Shown here: in pieces, positions 11,191-24,737 of the stretch
Position numbering within the stretch: position 1 is the first letter of the stretch
Layout of the letters: every line of letters starts with the position of its first letter
NCBI GenBank assembly: GCA_034780895.1
Contig: JAUZTB010000042.1
Location: 4,088,957-4,152,956 of the forward strand
DNA length: 64,000 bases
Source of the DNA: Rhynchobatus australiae
Lineage: Eukaryota
Reading direction: 5' to 3'
Notes under the pieces: model-generated
The model's input: the letters and a program-made list of their open reading frames with translations, nothing else
What the model was told of the DNA's origin: nothing
Database searches by the model: none
Translations under genes and position numbers: made by a program

Positions 11191-14100
11191 GTTGCTGTCA
11201 TTGCTATGTTTCCTACGTTGTAAGAATATTATTGTACAATGTTTGGATATTAGTATCAAGAATGCTGCTTTGTTAGGTACTAGAAAGTTGCTTTGAAATC
11301 GCCCAAACCAAGGTCGCTATTACAATGAAGCAGGTGAGTTATCTGTATGCCTGATACTCGGAGAAGATGTGGTCATGATTTAATATAAAGAGTTCGGGTT
11401 GGTTTAACATTTTGTCCAATAATGCCTTCACGTACACTCATCGCGTTTATCTTAATTGAGAACTGGACATCAAAACTTCCTTGCAAATCCACTTCAATGA
11501 AAAGCATAATGTGCACAGAAAATAGTTCAGTCCGGGGTGATCATGTGCTTTGGGTGAGGATAATGATTTTTAAAACTTAATCAAATTACTGTGTTGTGGA
11601 TAGGACAGTAAAAACTTGGACTAATGCTGATGTATCTGCTGTTTCTGATGTTCCTTGTTTTCATTTCTGATTTCAAATACACAATTTGCAATATTTAAGA
11701 ATAGAGTTTGTACAAATGGAATGACACGAGTTGCTGGTATTGGCGTGCTGCCTGACCCACTTGCTGTTATAAAGCTGAAACCAACTACCGTTTGTTGATA
11801 CAAAGAATTTTTTTTTAAATTGTTCGGTAGCTTTGAATAAGTAATGCTGACTCACTGAAGTATGAACTGGAACTTGCTTACATCAGTAAAAGTAGTCTAT
11901 TTTCTGTACTACCTTTGCAAGTGAAACTAAAAATATCGTGCTCCAGAAAAGGCAAGGACTCTGCATTACAGTACAGTTCCTGGTGCTGTTGGGGAGAGGA
12001 GAAAAAAAGTAGGCTGTGATCGGGGTTTATGTCTCCTGACTCTGGAAATATGTGACACAACCTGTAGCTTAGGCCTCAACATGCATGATGGAGACAAGTG
12101 GAGAGAACTTTGTAATGACACCCATGCAAAACAAGTTTCCAGGGTTGTATATGCAAAACAATAACTGCTGAAGCATACTTCGTGACGCTGCCTTGATTCT
12201 AAATTGGCTGAAACATAATCTCATTGTTTTACTTCTGTGCTACTTGATATTAAATCATTTGTCTGTCACAATTCCTTAGTCATAAAGGATTAGAAAACGA
12301 TGGTTTTGAAGTGTGGCCTTTAACAATTCAACTATAAGGCATCACAATCTGTATGCTTGGATCAATTAAAATTAACACCTGAATGAGGGCTTGGCTGAAG
12401 GAAGGAGTTTCAGCTGCAATTGAGATTGGGCACAAGCATGCAGTACTTCCATCATAGCTGTTGCATGGTATGGATAGTAAATAAATGGATGCAGTTTTTT
12501 TTCCATGCCCTTATACTTGAAACTAACGCCATGGTCCATTATTTTAATTGGATAGCAATATAACTGTGGAACATCTGGAGGGAAATCTGATATTGAGATG
12601 GAAAAGCCATCCCCACTGCATTGAAGTTTTATTTCCCAGGCTGAGAATAAAGGTGATTTGTCAGAATTTGGAAGATGTCGCCTCGTGAGAGCCCTGCCTT
12701 CTGTCACTTATCAGCAGAAAAGATGTTTTCCTTCTGACAGTGACATGTACAAAGCACAAAAAAAGCAGTCCCTAAAAACAAGGTGCAAGTAGAGGCACCA
12801 CCATTTGGACCAAAATTCAATATCCCCTCTTTATCAGCTATGAGACAGTGGTTAAGTGTGTTCTATTTTCCCTCTTTCTCTGCTGGAGGAGGAAAAGAAT
12901 GGGAATTGCCCTGACTGATTGTGGAATTCAGAGTAAGCTAGGAACATCCAATGCCAACACTTAGTCACAAGCATATTGCATCTAGAAGCTGCCTGGGGTC
13001 TTCAGTTCTGAAGTTGAACTGAGATTCTACATTGACTCATTGGAAAAGAATCTTTAATTTTGCTGATTTGTCGCATCTGGTAGAGGAAGTTGACATGAGC
13101 TAACAATAATTTCTTAAAAGTTGAATGAGACACACCCCTGTTTCTAGGGCAAGTTGCGTGCCTTCTGGATAGAATTGTCCAGTTAATTGTATTCCTCGTG
13201 CACCATTTCGGTGTTTTTCTTCAGAGGGGAATTTAACCAAGCTCGTCCTTAGATGGATGTGCAAGGTTCCAAGGGAAATTGGAGAAAAGTCAAATGTTCC
13301 CAGTGTCCAGAGCAGTGTTCATTCATTCTTCAATAACAAAAACGAATTAATTGTCTCCCGGGTATTTGAGGTCACATTCTGTCAGCAGTTGGATGTATAT
13401 ATTTTACAAAATCTTTTGCCACATTTAGAAGAATAATCAATGGATCATGCTCTGATGCGTGAGGGCATGTATATGATACTGAGTGTATAGAGGTAGAACA
13501 CACTGCAGTTGGTGACTGAAATGATTTTAAAAAACCTCATTTTTGAAACAACCTGTTTTTACAGGTATGAATTACCAGTTTAAAATGGTCCAGAATATTG
13601 TTGCTCTTAGGGTGCAGGAACTGGATTTGAAAGCACCATGAATTCATTTCTAACCTCCAGCCAGAAAGTTGGTGCTTATCATCCAATTTCTGGAGAAATC
13701 TGCCTTCCAAAAGTTTTGCCAGTCATATTTTGTTTGAGTACCCAATAAATTCAGTAGCTTCAGTATAGTCGCCATTTAATTTTGCAGAATTGGTGTTTCA
13801 AAACAAGTTATTAGTATGAATCCTGTGCAAGCCACTTAGCAGGCAATTCTATAATAAAAAATTCTGGCAGGGTGAAACAAAATGCTTTTGCTGCTCCATA
13901 GGCCAGTTTTGTTAATATAAATCTCTGGGCAAACCAATCCACTCCAGAGAAAGGAAGCTATGGTGTCATGGGAGGATATTTCTTCTATCTGGTTTGTTGT
14001 ATAGCTCTAAAGGTTAAAATACCTCTCGGAGATGAAAAGGAGTCGATTTCTTGCCAAGGTTGCCAAGCTGAGACCATCCAACCCTAGGGTGCTTTGCATA

Positions 14101-14880
14101 TAGTAGAATGGTACACCTTCCCAGCTGCTTCAAGTGGGAATGCTTAAAATTGATAAGGAAGTCTCTAGACTGGGTTAATTAATCTTCAGCCCCACTCCTT
14201 AATCAGGACAAATGAACATTTAAGTGTTGGAAATGAAGTGAGACAGAATGGTGCTGCGTGAAATTATTCCTTTGAGTTCCACAGGAAGCATTCATTTAAA
14301 TGCACAATCATTCAACCCAGTGTCTTTCAGTGAATATGCTGTAATATTGAGTGCGATTTTAGTAGGTGCACTTTTGTTCTTGTCATTTCTGTGATGGGAG
14401 TAATTTGTTTTTTTTAAATATCAGAAAAGTCACTCTTAAATAGTGCAAAATGGTGTACTTGAAGAAATAAATTCCATCACATACCCGTGTAGAAATTTAG
14501 ATTTTGTATCTGAATTATCAAGCTGCATAAAGCATTTCACATTTAATATCAGGAGAATTGCTATATTGAAGTCCATTTCAAATTTTGGTTCTGATTGCTA
14601 TATTGTAAATGTGCAAGGATGAGTTGAGCAATGGTGCCATTATAAAACTAGTTCACTGGGCTAATGTGCTCCTTAAATGGCACTTCGCATTGGTGTATGA
14701 TTTGAGCAAAATGCACCTTTTGTTATTGATTTCTCACGGGTGTTATTTTTAACATGTGTCATTGTGAAAGCATGCTCCCCAAACACTAATTTTTTTGTGT
14801 GTTGATTACTCAGCCTTGAAACATACTCAGATTTGCACAGTTTCGTTGGTGAGAAGTTGAATATCCTGTGAACACTGGAG

Positions 14881-15054
14881 ATGTCTCGCAGCCCCGACAC
14901 GAAAGAGGACCCTGTCGAATGCCCACTCTGCATGGAGCCTCTTGAAATTGATGACATCAACTTCTTCCCTTGCACCTGTGGCTACCAGATCTGTCGTTTC
15001 TGTTGGCACCGTATACGCACAGACGAGAACGGCCTCTGTCCAGCTTGCAGAAAA
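14881..15054 (+). CDS. CNOT4: CNOT4 first coding exon (C4C4 RING finger)
   Basis: ATG at 14881 with an in-frame TGA upstream at 14869-14871. Encodes MSRSPDTKEDPVECPLCMEPLEIDDINFFPCTCGYQICRFCWHRIRTDENGLCPACRK, the Not4 RING. Donor AAA|GTAAGC. 174 nt, phase 0. The 5' UTR part probably starts at the acceptor CAG| 14813 (alternatives at 14830 and 14840). Confidence 0.98.
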
Positions 15055-16532
15055 GTAAGCTTATTTACTAGAAGCTGTGAGCCAAGCACTGAAACCTGAC
15101 ATTATGCTAACACTGTCAGCCTCGTAAATAATTGTCTTCAAGTATCTAGCATGTTTTATTATGAGTAAAAAAGAAATGCTGTTAAGCAGAAGGTGGGAAG
15201 TGAAAGCCCAGTGTTGAGGCAGTGATTGCTGGAGTTCCATCAAAGATCTCTCTGCACCTTGACTTTTTGGGGACCACAGTAATGTAGTGGTTGTTGTAAC
15301 TTGGGCATATGTGAATTTATTTGAAATCCATAGAATTGAGTCATGGAAATAAAAACTGCTCAAAGAGCAAACATGGAGGTGAAAGCATGAGAAACTAGTG
15401 TTCCCTTTAAGGAAACCACTTGGCTGTAGCTAATCGGCCTTTCATGGGACTCTAGTCTTGACTCTTAACTGTCTTCTGGAATCCCACAGTTTCACCAGGA
15501 TAGCTTGAGACAGCCAATAACGTGGGAACCTTGNNNNNNNNNNNNNNACTCCAGAATGAAAAGGGGAACAGTGCCTAAACACTCCTGAATAATCCCTATC
15601 ATGTTGTGTAATTGCCCTTTTTAAGAAAGCCTTTGAGCAACAATTTCTTATTAAATTAAACAATCTTTTGAAATCCAAGAGTTCATGGAGGTAATTGGAT
15701 GGTAAAGCCTGATGCCTTTGCGTGATGTGCTTTTGGTGAATGTTTGCTTTTGATATTAAAAATGTGAATTTGTAGTCGGGCATCCATTATCGAAAAAGGG
15801 CAAAAAGTAAGATTCATCTGCATACTAGCCAATCTTGTCGTTACTGGTAGATTAGTTCCACCATTTAATAATCATGGGCAGCTGTATTCTGCAATTTTGC
15901 ACTCACAGGTTGCAACTGGTTGCTCGTCACATGTCAAAACGTGTCCAAGTTCACAATAAGAAATTCCTTTTGTCTCAGAGGCACAAGACCAAAGTTATTA
16001 TCTTCAAAGCTGCAGTGAGCACTGAATCCATTGTATGATTCCAACTGAACAAATTGTATTGGTCTACCACTGCTGCAACTTGGAGGCAATCAGTTGTAAA
16101 AATAGTATTGCCCTGAGCAATTACTAAGCAATGAAGATTGTGCTATTCATTGACAATGCTGTCTTGATTCCATAGATTCAGATTCTGGATTTGCTCTTGT
16201 TACTTTGTCCACAGGTTATACTGCTAGTGTAACCTGGATGTTTCTTTCCTGCCCAACACATTGACTATTTATCTTGGAAGTTCATTTTCACTAGTGGAAC
16301 AATTTAGGTATTTTCACATTGTGGATGGAAGAATGAAAAGAGAGATTTCAACACTGCCTTTAACTTAAGAATTTGTGCTGACTTGGGTTACAGTGGAATG
16401 CTTCTCTGCAGAACATGTTTAGATGAATAAATCTTTGTCAAATGTTCTCTATGGTACCAAAAATCTCAAGTTGATTAGTGGGCTTGTATCTTTCCTTATT
16501 TAACCAGTATTTGTCTCCTCTTGCCTGACCAG

Positions 16533-16730
16533 CCCTACCCTGAAGATCCTGCAGTCTACAAACCACTCTCTCAAGAGGAGCTACAGAGGATAAAAAATGA
16601 GAAGAAACAGAAACAGAATGAGCGGAAACAAAAAATCTCAGAGAACCGCAAGCATTTGGCCAGTGTACGTGTTGTACAGAAGAATCTAGTTTTTGTGGTT
16701 GGTCTATCACAGCGGCTAGCAGATCCAGAG
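16533..16730 (+). CDS. CNOT4: CNOT4 coding exon 2 (coiled-coil linker and start of RRM)
   Basis: Acceptor ctcttgcctgaccAG. Encodes PYPEDPAVYKPLSQEELQRIKNEKKQKQNERKQKISENRKHLASVRVVQKNLVFVVGLSQRLADPE. Donor GAG|GTGAGC. 198 nt. Confidence 0.98.
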
Positions 16731-17593
16731 GTGAGCCAATGTTTGCACTTTGTCGTAGTTTTCACAACCTTGGGATATTCTCAAATAATTGGTGTTTTTC
16801 AAATAACTTCATTATTCCAGTGTGGGAAGCTGAACAGCATATTTGCCCAAAAGGAACTATCAAGCAATGTGATTATATATAAACTCATTTCAGATGTTAA
16901 TTAAGCGATAAACATCAATCATGAAACCGTAGCATGTCACACAGGTGCCGAATTCTAAACTTTTGCTGGGTATGATGTACAGCAGGATGATAGTATAGTC
17001 AGGCTTAAACTCATAGCAAATTGTATCATGTCAACAGAATGCCAAAGATGTTTTGGTTGCAGACACATCTTTTTGAGTGACATCTTTTATAGTTGATTTC
17101 TGCTAATTATTTATTTTGACCATCTTTTGAAAGTTCTTCAGTTCAATCCAGGATTTGTTTTAAGTCCTTCAGTTATTGACAGAGCTACCAAGGGTGTAGT
17201 TCCCTTCCCATGTTAGTCTGTGAATGCATTAGCAATTGTTACTGTGCTAAAAATTGTTACCCAAAAGAAAAAATCTTCAATTTGGGACAATGCAAGGCTC
17301 ATGTGAAGCCAACTTTCATCCCAAGGGCCTTCACACTAACTTCTTTGAAACTGAGCTTGGCAATGTTTTGTTGAGTAATACTCTTCCCAAACCATCAGCT
17401 CAACAAATGAAGCTTTCGTTGTGGTTGTGTATTTGTTAAGTTATAGGTAATTTCTTGTTATTGGCCCATGCTAGTGTCAGTTGAAATTTATTGTTGAAAG
17501 AATTAGTTTTGTACTCTTTCAATTGTGAAGTGACTCTTAGAATTGAATCTTTATCTGGATCTGAAAAGCATTTCTAATTTTTTTTACAACCAG

Positions 17594-17680
17594 GTTTTAA
17601 AACGGCCAGAATATTTTGGGAAGTTTGGTAAAATACATAAAGTCGTCATCAACAACAGTACATCATACGCAGGTTCGCAG
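17594..17680 (+). CDS. CNOT4: CNOT4 coding exon 3 (RRM)
   Basis: Acceptor tttttacaaccAG. Encodes VLKRPEYFGKFGKIHKVVINNSTSYAGSQ. Donor CAG|GTAAGG. 87 nt. Confidence 0.98.
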
Positions 17681-20290
17681 GTAAGGTTACACCAGCTAAT
17701 GGCTCACTTATTGGTTGGTCTTCTCCTTCATTTATTCATTTGCTAGATAGTTCTGAGAATACTAGAAAAGGACTGTGAGACTCTCGTCTTTTCTGTCAGG
17801 ATTAATGACTTTATCTGAATCAAAAACATGCCCTGCTGTCATGGCTTCCCTATCTTTGGGGCCATAACATTTTTTTTGTATTTTGGAATAGTGTAGATAT
17901 TTGTACTAACTCCCAGTCTTCTGGGCTGAAATTGTATGCTGTTTGTCAATCTACACCCGTATTGGTCACTGAGCGTCTTTCTATGAGTGGAATCCTCACT
18001 GGGATTAAAGCATTATTGGTTTATTGTGCATGTAGATAATTACGACACAGAATGTGAAACAAGCATTGTAGATTAGTTGTGCTAAGTTTTAATTGGTTTG
18101 ACGTGAAGGAATGGACCCCTTTCACCAGTTTTACAGCATAGAATCTTGCTCTGCATTACATTTCAACTTTTATCAGGTGGGTGCTGAAGAGCTGGTGCAG
18201 GAGAGATATGTAAGAAAACTCATTGCTCCAATCTTTTGCCAATCTATAGAATGTACTTTTAGTGTAAGAGAAAGAAAACTGACAATTGTACATGTAAAGT
18301 TCTGGGGAAAGATCCATGTAAGGGAGTGGATTTTTGTATTGTGACTTGGTCAGAAGTCAGAGGAAGATGGCATTTGGGAATTTAAAAGCATTTGAAGATG
18401 CGAGGAACATTGATCTGAGAACCAAAGTGCACGATTGAATAGAAAAAGTTCTCTAGAAAACTCTCAAATTTCTAGAGATTCTGTTTATATTTGATTGAAT
18501 AGAAAGAGAATAACTGGGAGTTATTCAGTTCACAATAAACTGAAGGTATAAAAAATTTGCAAGCACACAGCACAATCAGCATAAAACATCTAAAAACAGA
18601 TTGACATTCTCTGAGCCTTCCAGATCTGAGTGAGATTGTAATTACTCTAGTATACTGAACATACTGCATTGTTCACGTGAGGTATGGACTGTAGAAATGA
18701 TGAAGTGCCATTTTCCACACAAGAGAAAATGCAGTTCCTGTAAGTCAAAATCAAAAATGCTAGAAATCTAAAACAAAACCAGCAAAGTTTTTGACTTCAG
18801 TTCTGGTGGAGGGTCTCTGACCTGAAACAGTGCCGCGGATGCGGCCGGACCTGAATGCTTCCAGCATTTTCTCCTTGTGCTGCAGTTTCTGTCGTCCAGT
18901 TTTAGGAGAAATGAGAGTTCCATTTGCAGTCAGGAGGCTGAGGGGATGATTTGGATGAGGACAAAGTAATATTTCAAAGCACATTCTGTAAATTAAATTG
19001 TGAGGAGAACAGAGGGGTTTCAGGGCAACTTGCAACTTGGACATTATGATTAATGAGGCAAAACCTTGACGGATGCATTACATGTGGACAAACGTGTAAT
19101 CATCCACCCTGGGGTGGGAAAGGGACAGGGGAAATGGAAAAGCTGTATTTTTTAATTATTAAACTTAGAATTAACTCAGTTTCTCCTTTTGCTGGATTCT
19201 GCCTAATTATTTCTGGCATTGTTTTCATATTTCAAGCATTTTTTGCTTTGTAATTGCTGTGATTTGAGAGATCTTACGAGTGTGTAAATATAAATTATCT
19301 GAATCTAGGCAAATTGAACCTGACTAACAGATATTATGAAGCAATTTGAATGTTTCTTTTTATAAACTCAGTAAATTGAGTCTGGCCAAAACCCCTCTGA
19401 GAAATAAATTACCTTAATCAAGTTGCCCAATTTTAAACACATGATTTGCATCTTTTTTGTTTTGCATCTTTTAATCTAGTTGTTTTAAAATCTCAGATTT
19501 GAGACCAAATCACTTAGGAAATAATTATGAAAAGAGTGAAGCTATGTATCCTACTGTAACGTGTACCTAGCAGCAGAATTCTCTTTGCATGAAGAAAAAT
19601 TGTTGTTCTGCTGGTCTAACAAAATCAAAGTGTAATTGGAGGGACAAAAGCTGTAGAAACGCAATGTTTCAACTCCGAGATTAGTAAACCAGGTGGACTG
19701 TAATTTCATTCATTGAAAATGATGAAGCTTTGATATAATATTCAGGTATGCTTTGAAAAAACAGCTGTGAATCTGCTAAAACTAACTCAAAATGAAACTG
19801 CCAACTAGGAAATACAAAAGCTTATGAGACATTCGTAAGCTTGTGAACCAATGGCATCATCCTTGGTGGAAGTGGAAGGAGAGCTGAGCTGAGGCTGAGT
19901 CCTCTGGCAACATTGTCATTGAGGGTATTGGTTCTCCAGTTAGTATGGTCCTTGTGACGGAAACAGGTCTACGAAGTTTTGTAACAAGAATTAAGGATGC
20001 TGGGAGAAATGGTTCAATAAGTTCTATGGCACAAAATTAACTAAAATGAAAGAAAAATCAGTATAGTGGTAAAGAGATACTTTCACACTGAAGAGAAACG
20101 CGAATTTCCCCAGGAGTTGTGTGAAACCACTAGGTTTAATATTATATCTGAGCTTGCTGCGCAAATTTTCAAGTTTGCAAGTGGCACGAAACTTGGAAAA
20201 GTATTGAGCAGTGAGGATGATGGTAACATGTCAGGAAGACATGGATAAAGGTACAATGTACAGACACAAGGCAGATGAAACAGAGCATTG

Positions 20291-20327
20291 TGTTATGGAC
20301 TAGGACTGTTAGTGAGTGTCCCTGTTA

Positions 20328-20361
<34 letters not shown>

Positions 20362-20701
20362 CGTGCTTACGTCAACAGAAGATAAAGAACGTCATGACGT
20401 TGTTGTTNNNNNNNNNNNNNNNNNNNNNNNNNNNNNNNNNNNNNNNNNNNNNNNNNNNNNNNNNNNNNNNNNNNNNNNNNNNNNNNNNNNNNNNNNNNNN
20501 NNNNNNNTTTAAGAACCATTCCTGGACGTGGAGTTTGGGAATTTGCCACACACACACGACAAGTTTAGTTAGTTTTGGGAGTTAGTTCGGGGGTTAATAT
20601 TTTTACTTCTAACAGTCTAACATTTTTACTTTTATTGTACTTTATTATCATAAGTAGTTATTAATAAAGTAGTGTGTTTCTGTTGTTGCTGGTACGTAAC
20701 A
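20291..20701 (+). mobile_element. Solo LTR with 4-bp target-site duplication (ATTG), inserted in a CR1 fragment; contains an N gap
   Basis: attg|TGTTATG...CGTAACA|attg, giving inverted termini plus TSD. AATAAA at 20663-20668 and an internal (TG)n. The flanks rejoin as CR1 sequence (gcagatgaaa...aagtgattaaattttg). Confidence 0.88.
20331..20360 (+). repeat. (TG)n microsatellite inside the LTR
   Basis: About 14 TG units seen directly. Confidence 0.95.
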
Positions 20702-20899
20702 ATTGTCAAGTGATTAAATTTTGATATGAAGAAATGATGAGTAAATTTAACATGACAGTAAGGTTTTACAGTGCACTATTCTTTCTGAATCTTCAGTGAG
20801 TTTTGTCCTTTAAGTCAATACAAATTAAACCGATCGTTTGCAATGCAATACCAAAGACTTTCTATTACCTTTTAACTCACTTCAGCTTCCCATAAAATT

Positions 20900-22100
20900 T
20901 AAGCAAAGTCACAATGCAGGTGGCTATTAAGTCTATGCAGGTTCCTCAAAACAGTACTATTGGTCACCGTGCCCTGCTTTTTCTCCATAGACCTGAAAAT
21001 TTATGCTCCCTGTCCTGTTTGCTTTTGAAGATAATTTCCATGCCATCACCCTTGTAGGGCAGTAAATTCCAGGTCCGAACTCAATGCATTGGGTATTTTT
21101 CATCAATCCCTCTACCTTTCCGGCCCACTTTTAAATTGGAGCCCTTTCTTGAACCATATGCTGTTAGGAGCAGGTTCCTCCTTATAGCCTATCTGTCATA
21201 CTTTTAATACCTTAATCAAATTTCCAGTGAATCTTTGGTCTAAGGAGAGTGACTCCAGCTTCTCCATTGTATTTTATAGGTGAAATCCCTGAACCATGAA
21301 AGCATGATAATAAATCTTTTCTGCACCCTCTCTTGGACTTGGAAATGCATCCCCAAAATGTGGTGATCAGAACTGGGCAAAATACTGCAGTTGTGGCCCA
21401 ACTAGTGTTTTGTACAGATTCAGCATTTGTACTCTGTGCCTCCTATAAACCTCAGGATTCCATGTGCTTTACTAACCACTTGCTCAACATGTTCCGCAAC
21501 TTTCAAAGATTAATGTACAGGTTCAGCCAGGTTCCTATGTTCATAGAATCCCTTTGGAATTTTGCCATTCACTCAATCTTGTATTTAATTGTTTTTGCCC
21601 AAATGTATCATTTCATTTTGTCACTTGCGTATCCATTCTGCCAGCTACTCAGTCTTCTGACAGCATTGTGCTGTCCTGTCAAGCTTTGTATCACTTGAAG
21701 ATTCGAAAATCATACAGCATCTACCCATTCTGATCGAGGATGAGATCCCTGCACTGACCCCCAGGAGCCCCTCAGTTCCCATCCTCCAGTCCAGAAAGAG
21801 AAATCAGTTTACCACAATTCATTATGTTCTTCCTTTAACTTGTTCAGCTACTTGTTCTTTAATATTACGAAGCAACCTTCAGTGTACGCCATAAAATCCT
21901 TGCAGCTGGTGTCTCGTGCATTTTCTTAATTCACAAAAAAATACATTCTGATTAGTCCTTCACAATCTTTCATGAACAAAACTGTGCTGGCTTGACTCTC
22001 AGTTCAGACTTATCCAAGAGGCTACTAGATTCACTTTGTTTCTAAAATCTCGCTCATGACAAAAGTTAAGCTGACTACTCAATAGTTACCTGGCATGCCT
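20900..22100 (-). mobile_element. Old CR1-type LINE
   Basis: ttctgcaccctctc...gtggtgatcagaactgggcaaaatactgcag and gatccctgcactgaccccca (reverse of the GSVLG motif). Confidence 0.7.
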
Positions 22101-23138
22101 TTTGTTTATTACTTAATAAATGTGATATTTGCTATTTTAAGATGCATGTGACAGGTTAAGCTGCAAAGTTTTTTTAAGAAGGCATTTGGAATCATTCAGT
22201 TTATTGTCAAGCAGTAGAATACAAAAATCTGGAAATGCTTCAAAACTTTTGAAAGATATTCATCAACTGAAGTTTCCAATTGAGTTATAGGCATCATGCA
22301 TTAAGAATTTTAATCTCTTGGGGAGGTGTGGGGGGCGGGGGAGGAGAAGAGCAGACAAAATTTAATAAAATGGTTGGTTCCAGGAAGGAGGGATTACTGA
22401 CCTTGAAGAGCAAAATGTTAAGACAAGATCTGAAAATAATGAACTGTATTTGTCAATAAATGATCAAAACTGTTTCCTTTGACAGCTGGATCAGTAACCA
22501 GAAGGTCCAAATTGAAAGTGTGTGGCAAAACAAACAAGTGGTGTGAAGCATGAAAATCTGAGATGCACTTGTTGGGATGGTGGAGGCAGGTTCATTGGTA
22601 GCACAAAAAGGGAATTGAGTGAATCCTTTGAGGGAGAATAGTTATCAAAAAAATTGAAGGAGCAGTCTGGCGGGATGAATGGGGTACAATCATAAAATGA
22701 TGGCAACAGTGACAGGCCAGTATTTGACCTCAAGGCCATGCTCTCATCCACAAGCAATGGTGTTAATCCTGCTCTCTTGCCCTTTGCCTGCAGCCCTATA
22801 ATTATTGCTTTCTGCCCTTGGCTCTTTTTTAGGATCACAATCTGTATTGGTATATTTATCCCTGCAGCTCATCATTTGTATTTATTACACTTTGTAGATT
22901 TACACATGCTCTCCGTGGAGCTCTCCTAGATCCCCTCCTTCCCTCTCGGTCTGCTTCCAGTTAATACTGTATTAGAATTTGTGTCAAAGAACTGGTGTAG
23001 GCACAATCTGCCAACTTAACTCCTTCAGAACTATATTGTCCTATGTTTTAATTCACCATTTTCCCTCAGAGTGTGAATGTTTGCTGACAGGACTTCCTTA
23101 AAAAATCTTATTGCTAACTAAATTGCTGTTTCTTCAAG

Positions 23139-23240
23139 GGTCCGAGTGCGAGTGCTTATGTAACCTACATACGGTCTGAAGACGCACTAAGAGCAATACA
23201 GTGTGTAAATAATGTGGTGGTGGATGGCAGGACACTTAAG
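23139..23240 (+). CDS. CNOT4: CNOT4 coding exon 4 (RRM C-terminal half); not in the supplied ORF track
   Basis: Branch-like gctaac, then acceptor tttcttcaAG. Encodes GPSASAYVTYIRSEDALRAIQCVNNVVVDGRTLK. Donor AAG|GTAAGA. 102 nt. Confidence 0.97.
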
Positions 23241-24506
23241 GTAAGAAATCGCTTTGTAGTCTGTTGCAAACACTTATTGCATGCCGTGTTTTCAGATCTG
23301 CAAGTTAACTTGTGACTTCTGTAGCTTCAGTGCAATTATCTTTGCACAAATGAAGTGTCAAATTATGACCTAAACANNNNNNNNNNNNNNNNNNNNNNNN
23401 NNNNNNNNNNNNNNNNNNNNNNNNNNNNNNNNNNNNNNNNNNNNNNNNNNNNNNNNNNNNNNNNNNNNNNNNNNNNAGCCAAAATGCCATTGCTGAGAGA
23501 GAAGCCAAGTAGTTAAGTACAGCAGAATTTTGCCATGAGCAAAGATAAACTGTAAACCCATAGCAATGTCAAAACAAAACTGTCTGCTTTGAGTTTCTGT
23601 TCAATTTTTATCCTGTGACTCTTGCTCAGAAGATAAACTGCCAGTTGTATTGCTAGATATTGAAATCTTATGCAAAATATTATTCGCAAGGCAATGTAGA
23701 TTGATGTGACTATGTCTCTCCCATGTAACAACCATAAAAACTCTGTTTCCGTGCTGTATCATGGAATAGAATACCAAAGGAGCTAATTCGGCCCCTTGTG
23801 ACTCCTCATTTGTAAGACCATTAATCTTGCTCTGATTCCCCAAGGCCCTGCAATTTTATTTAAGTATTCATCTAGTTCCCTTTTGAAAATTATAAAATTC
23901 TGTGCAGATGAAATATCTTAACTATTTAAAGTTGGATTCTTTAAACATCTGGTCGATTATTATGTGTAATTGGTCTTCAGTCTAATTTTGATTTTAAATT
24001 AAGGAACAACTATCCTGGTGAAAGGACTAAAATATCCCATCAAGCCATTTTAGAATCTTTTGGCACTTGCATATTTAAATGAAGATTTAGTTAAATCAAA
24101 ACAAATCCACTGTGGATTTGCTTCAGTCTTTTGATCTGCACCTCAAAGCATTTTGTTAAAAGCATGAGTATCACCTGAAACGAAATGGCGAAATCACTGG
24201 TTGATTTGCTTGACCTGCACCCAATGGGGCAGGGTATTTATACTAAGGAATTTCATGTAAATGAGTATGCAACTCTTGGTTAGCCCTGAACCTGAAGGCA
24301 ATTTTATAACTGCATACTATTTTAATCCTGTATCAAGCGAACACCAATAATGCAAATCTGTATCTATATTGTTGTACTGACAATTTAAAACCAGGCCTTT
24401 GAAATGTTTTTTGATTGATCTTAATCATGGAAGAGTTGCAACCGGGTAAAAATCATTAAGTGTCAACATGTCTACGATTACTGACTTTATTTTCCTCCCT
24501 CTCAAG

Positions 24507-24632
24507 GCATCTTTAGGCACAACGAAGTATTGCAGTTATTTCCTAAAGAACATGCAGTGTCCTAAACCAGACTGTATGTATTTGCATGAGCTCGGGGATG
24601 AAGCTGCCAGCTTCACTAAAGAGGAGATGCAG
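24507..24632 (+). CDS. CNOT4: CNOT4 coding exon 5 (C3H1 zinc finger)
   Basis: Acceptor tttcctccctctcaAG. Encodes ASLGTTKYCSYFLKNMQCPKPDCMYLHELGDEAASFTKEEMQ. Donor CAG|GTAGGT. 126 nt. Confidence 0.98.
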
Positions 24633-24737
24633 GTAGGTTCACCAGCCTAAAGAAAATGATATGCAATGTTGGCACAAAGCACAATCATCAAAAGTCAGCA
24701 TCAAAACCAGTTTTTGGATATCAAAAAATTGGAAATG

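Noticed and set aside
1-14813. Promoter, CpG island or first exon of CNOT4; intronic snoRNAs
   Set aside because: No CpG-rich island is present, so the region is treated as intron 1. I found no paired C/D or H/ACA structure with terminal stems by eye.
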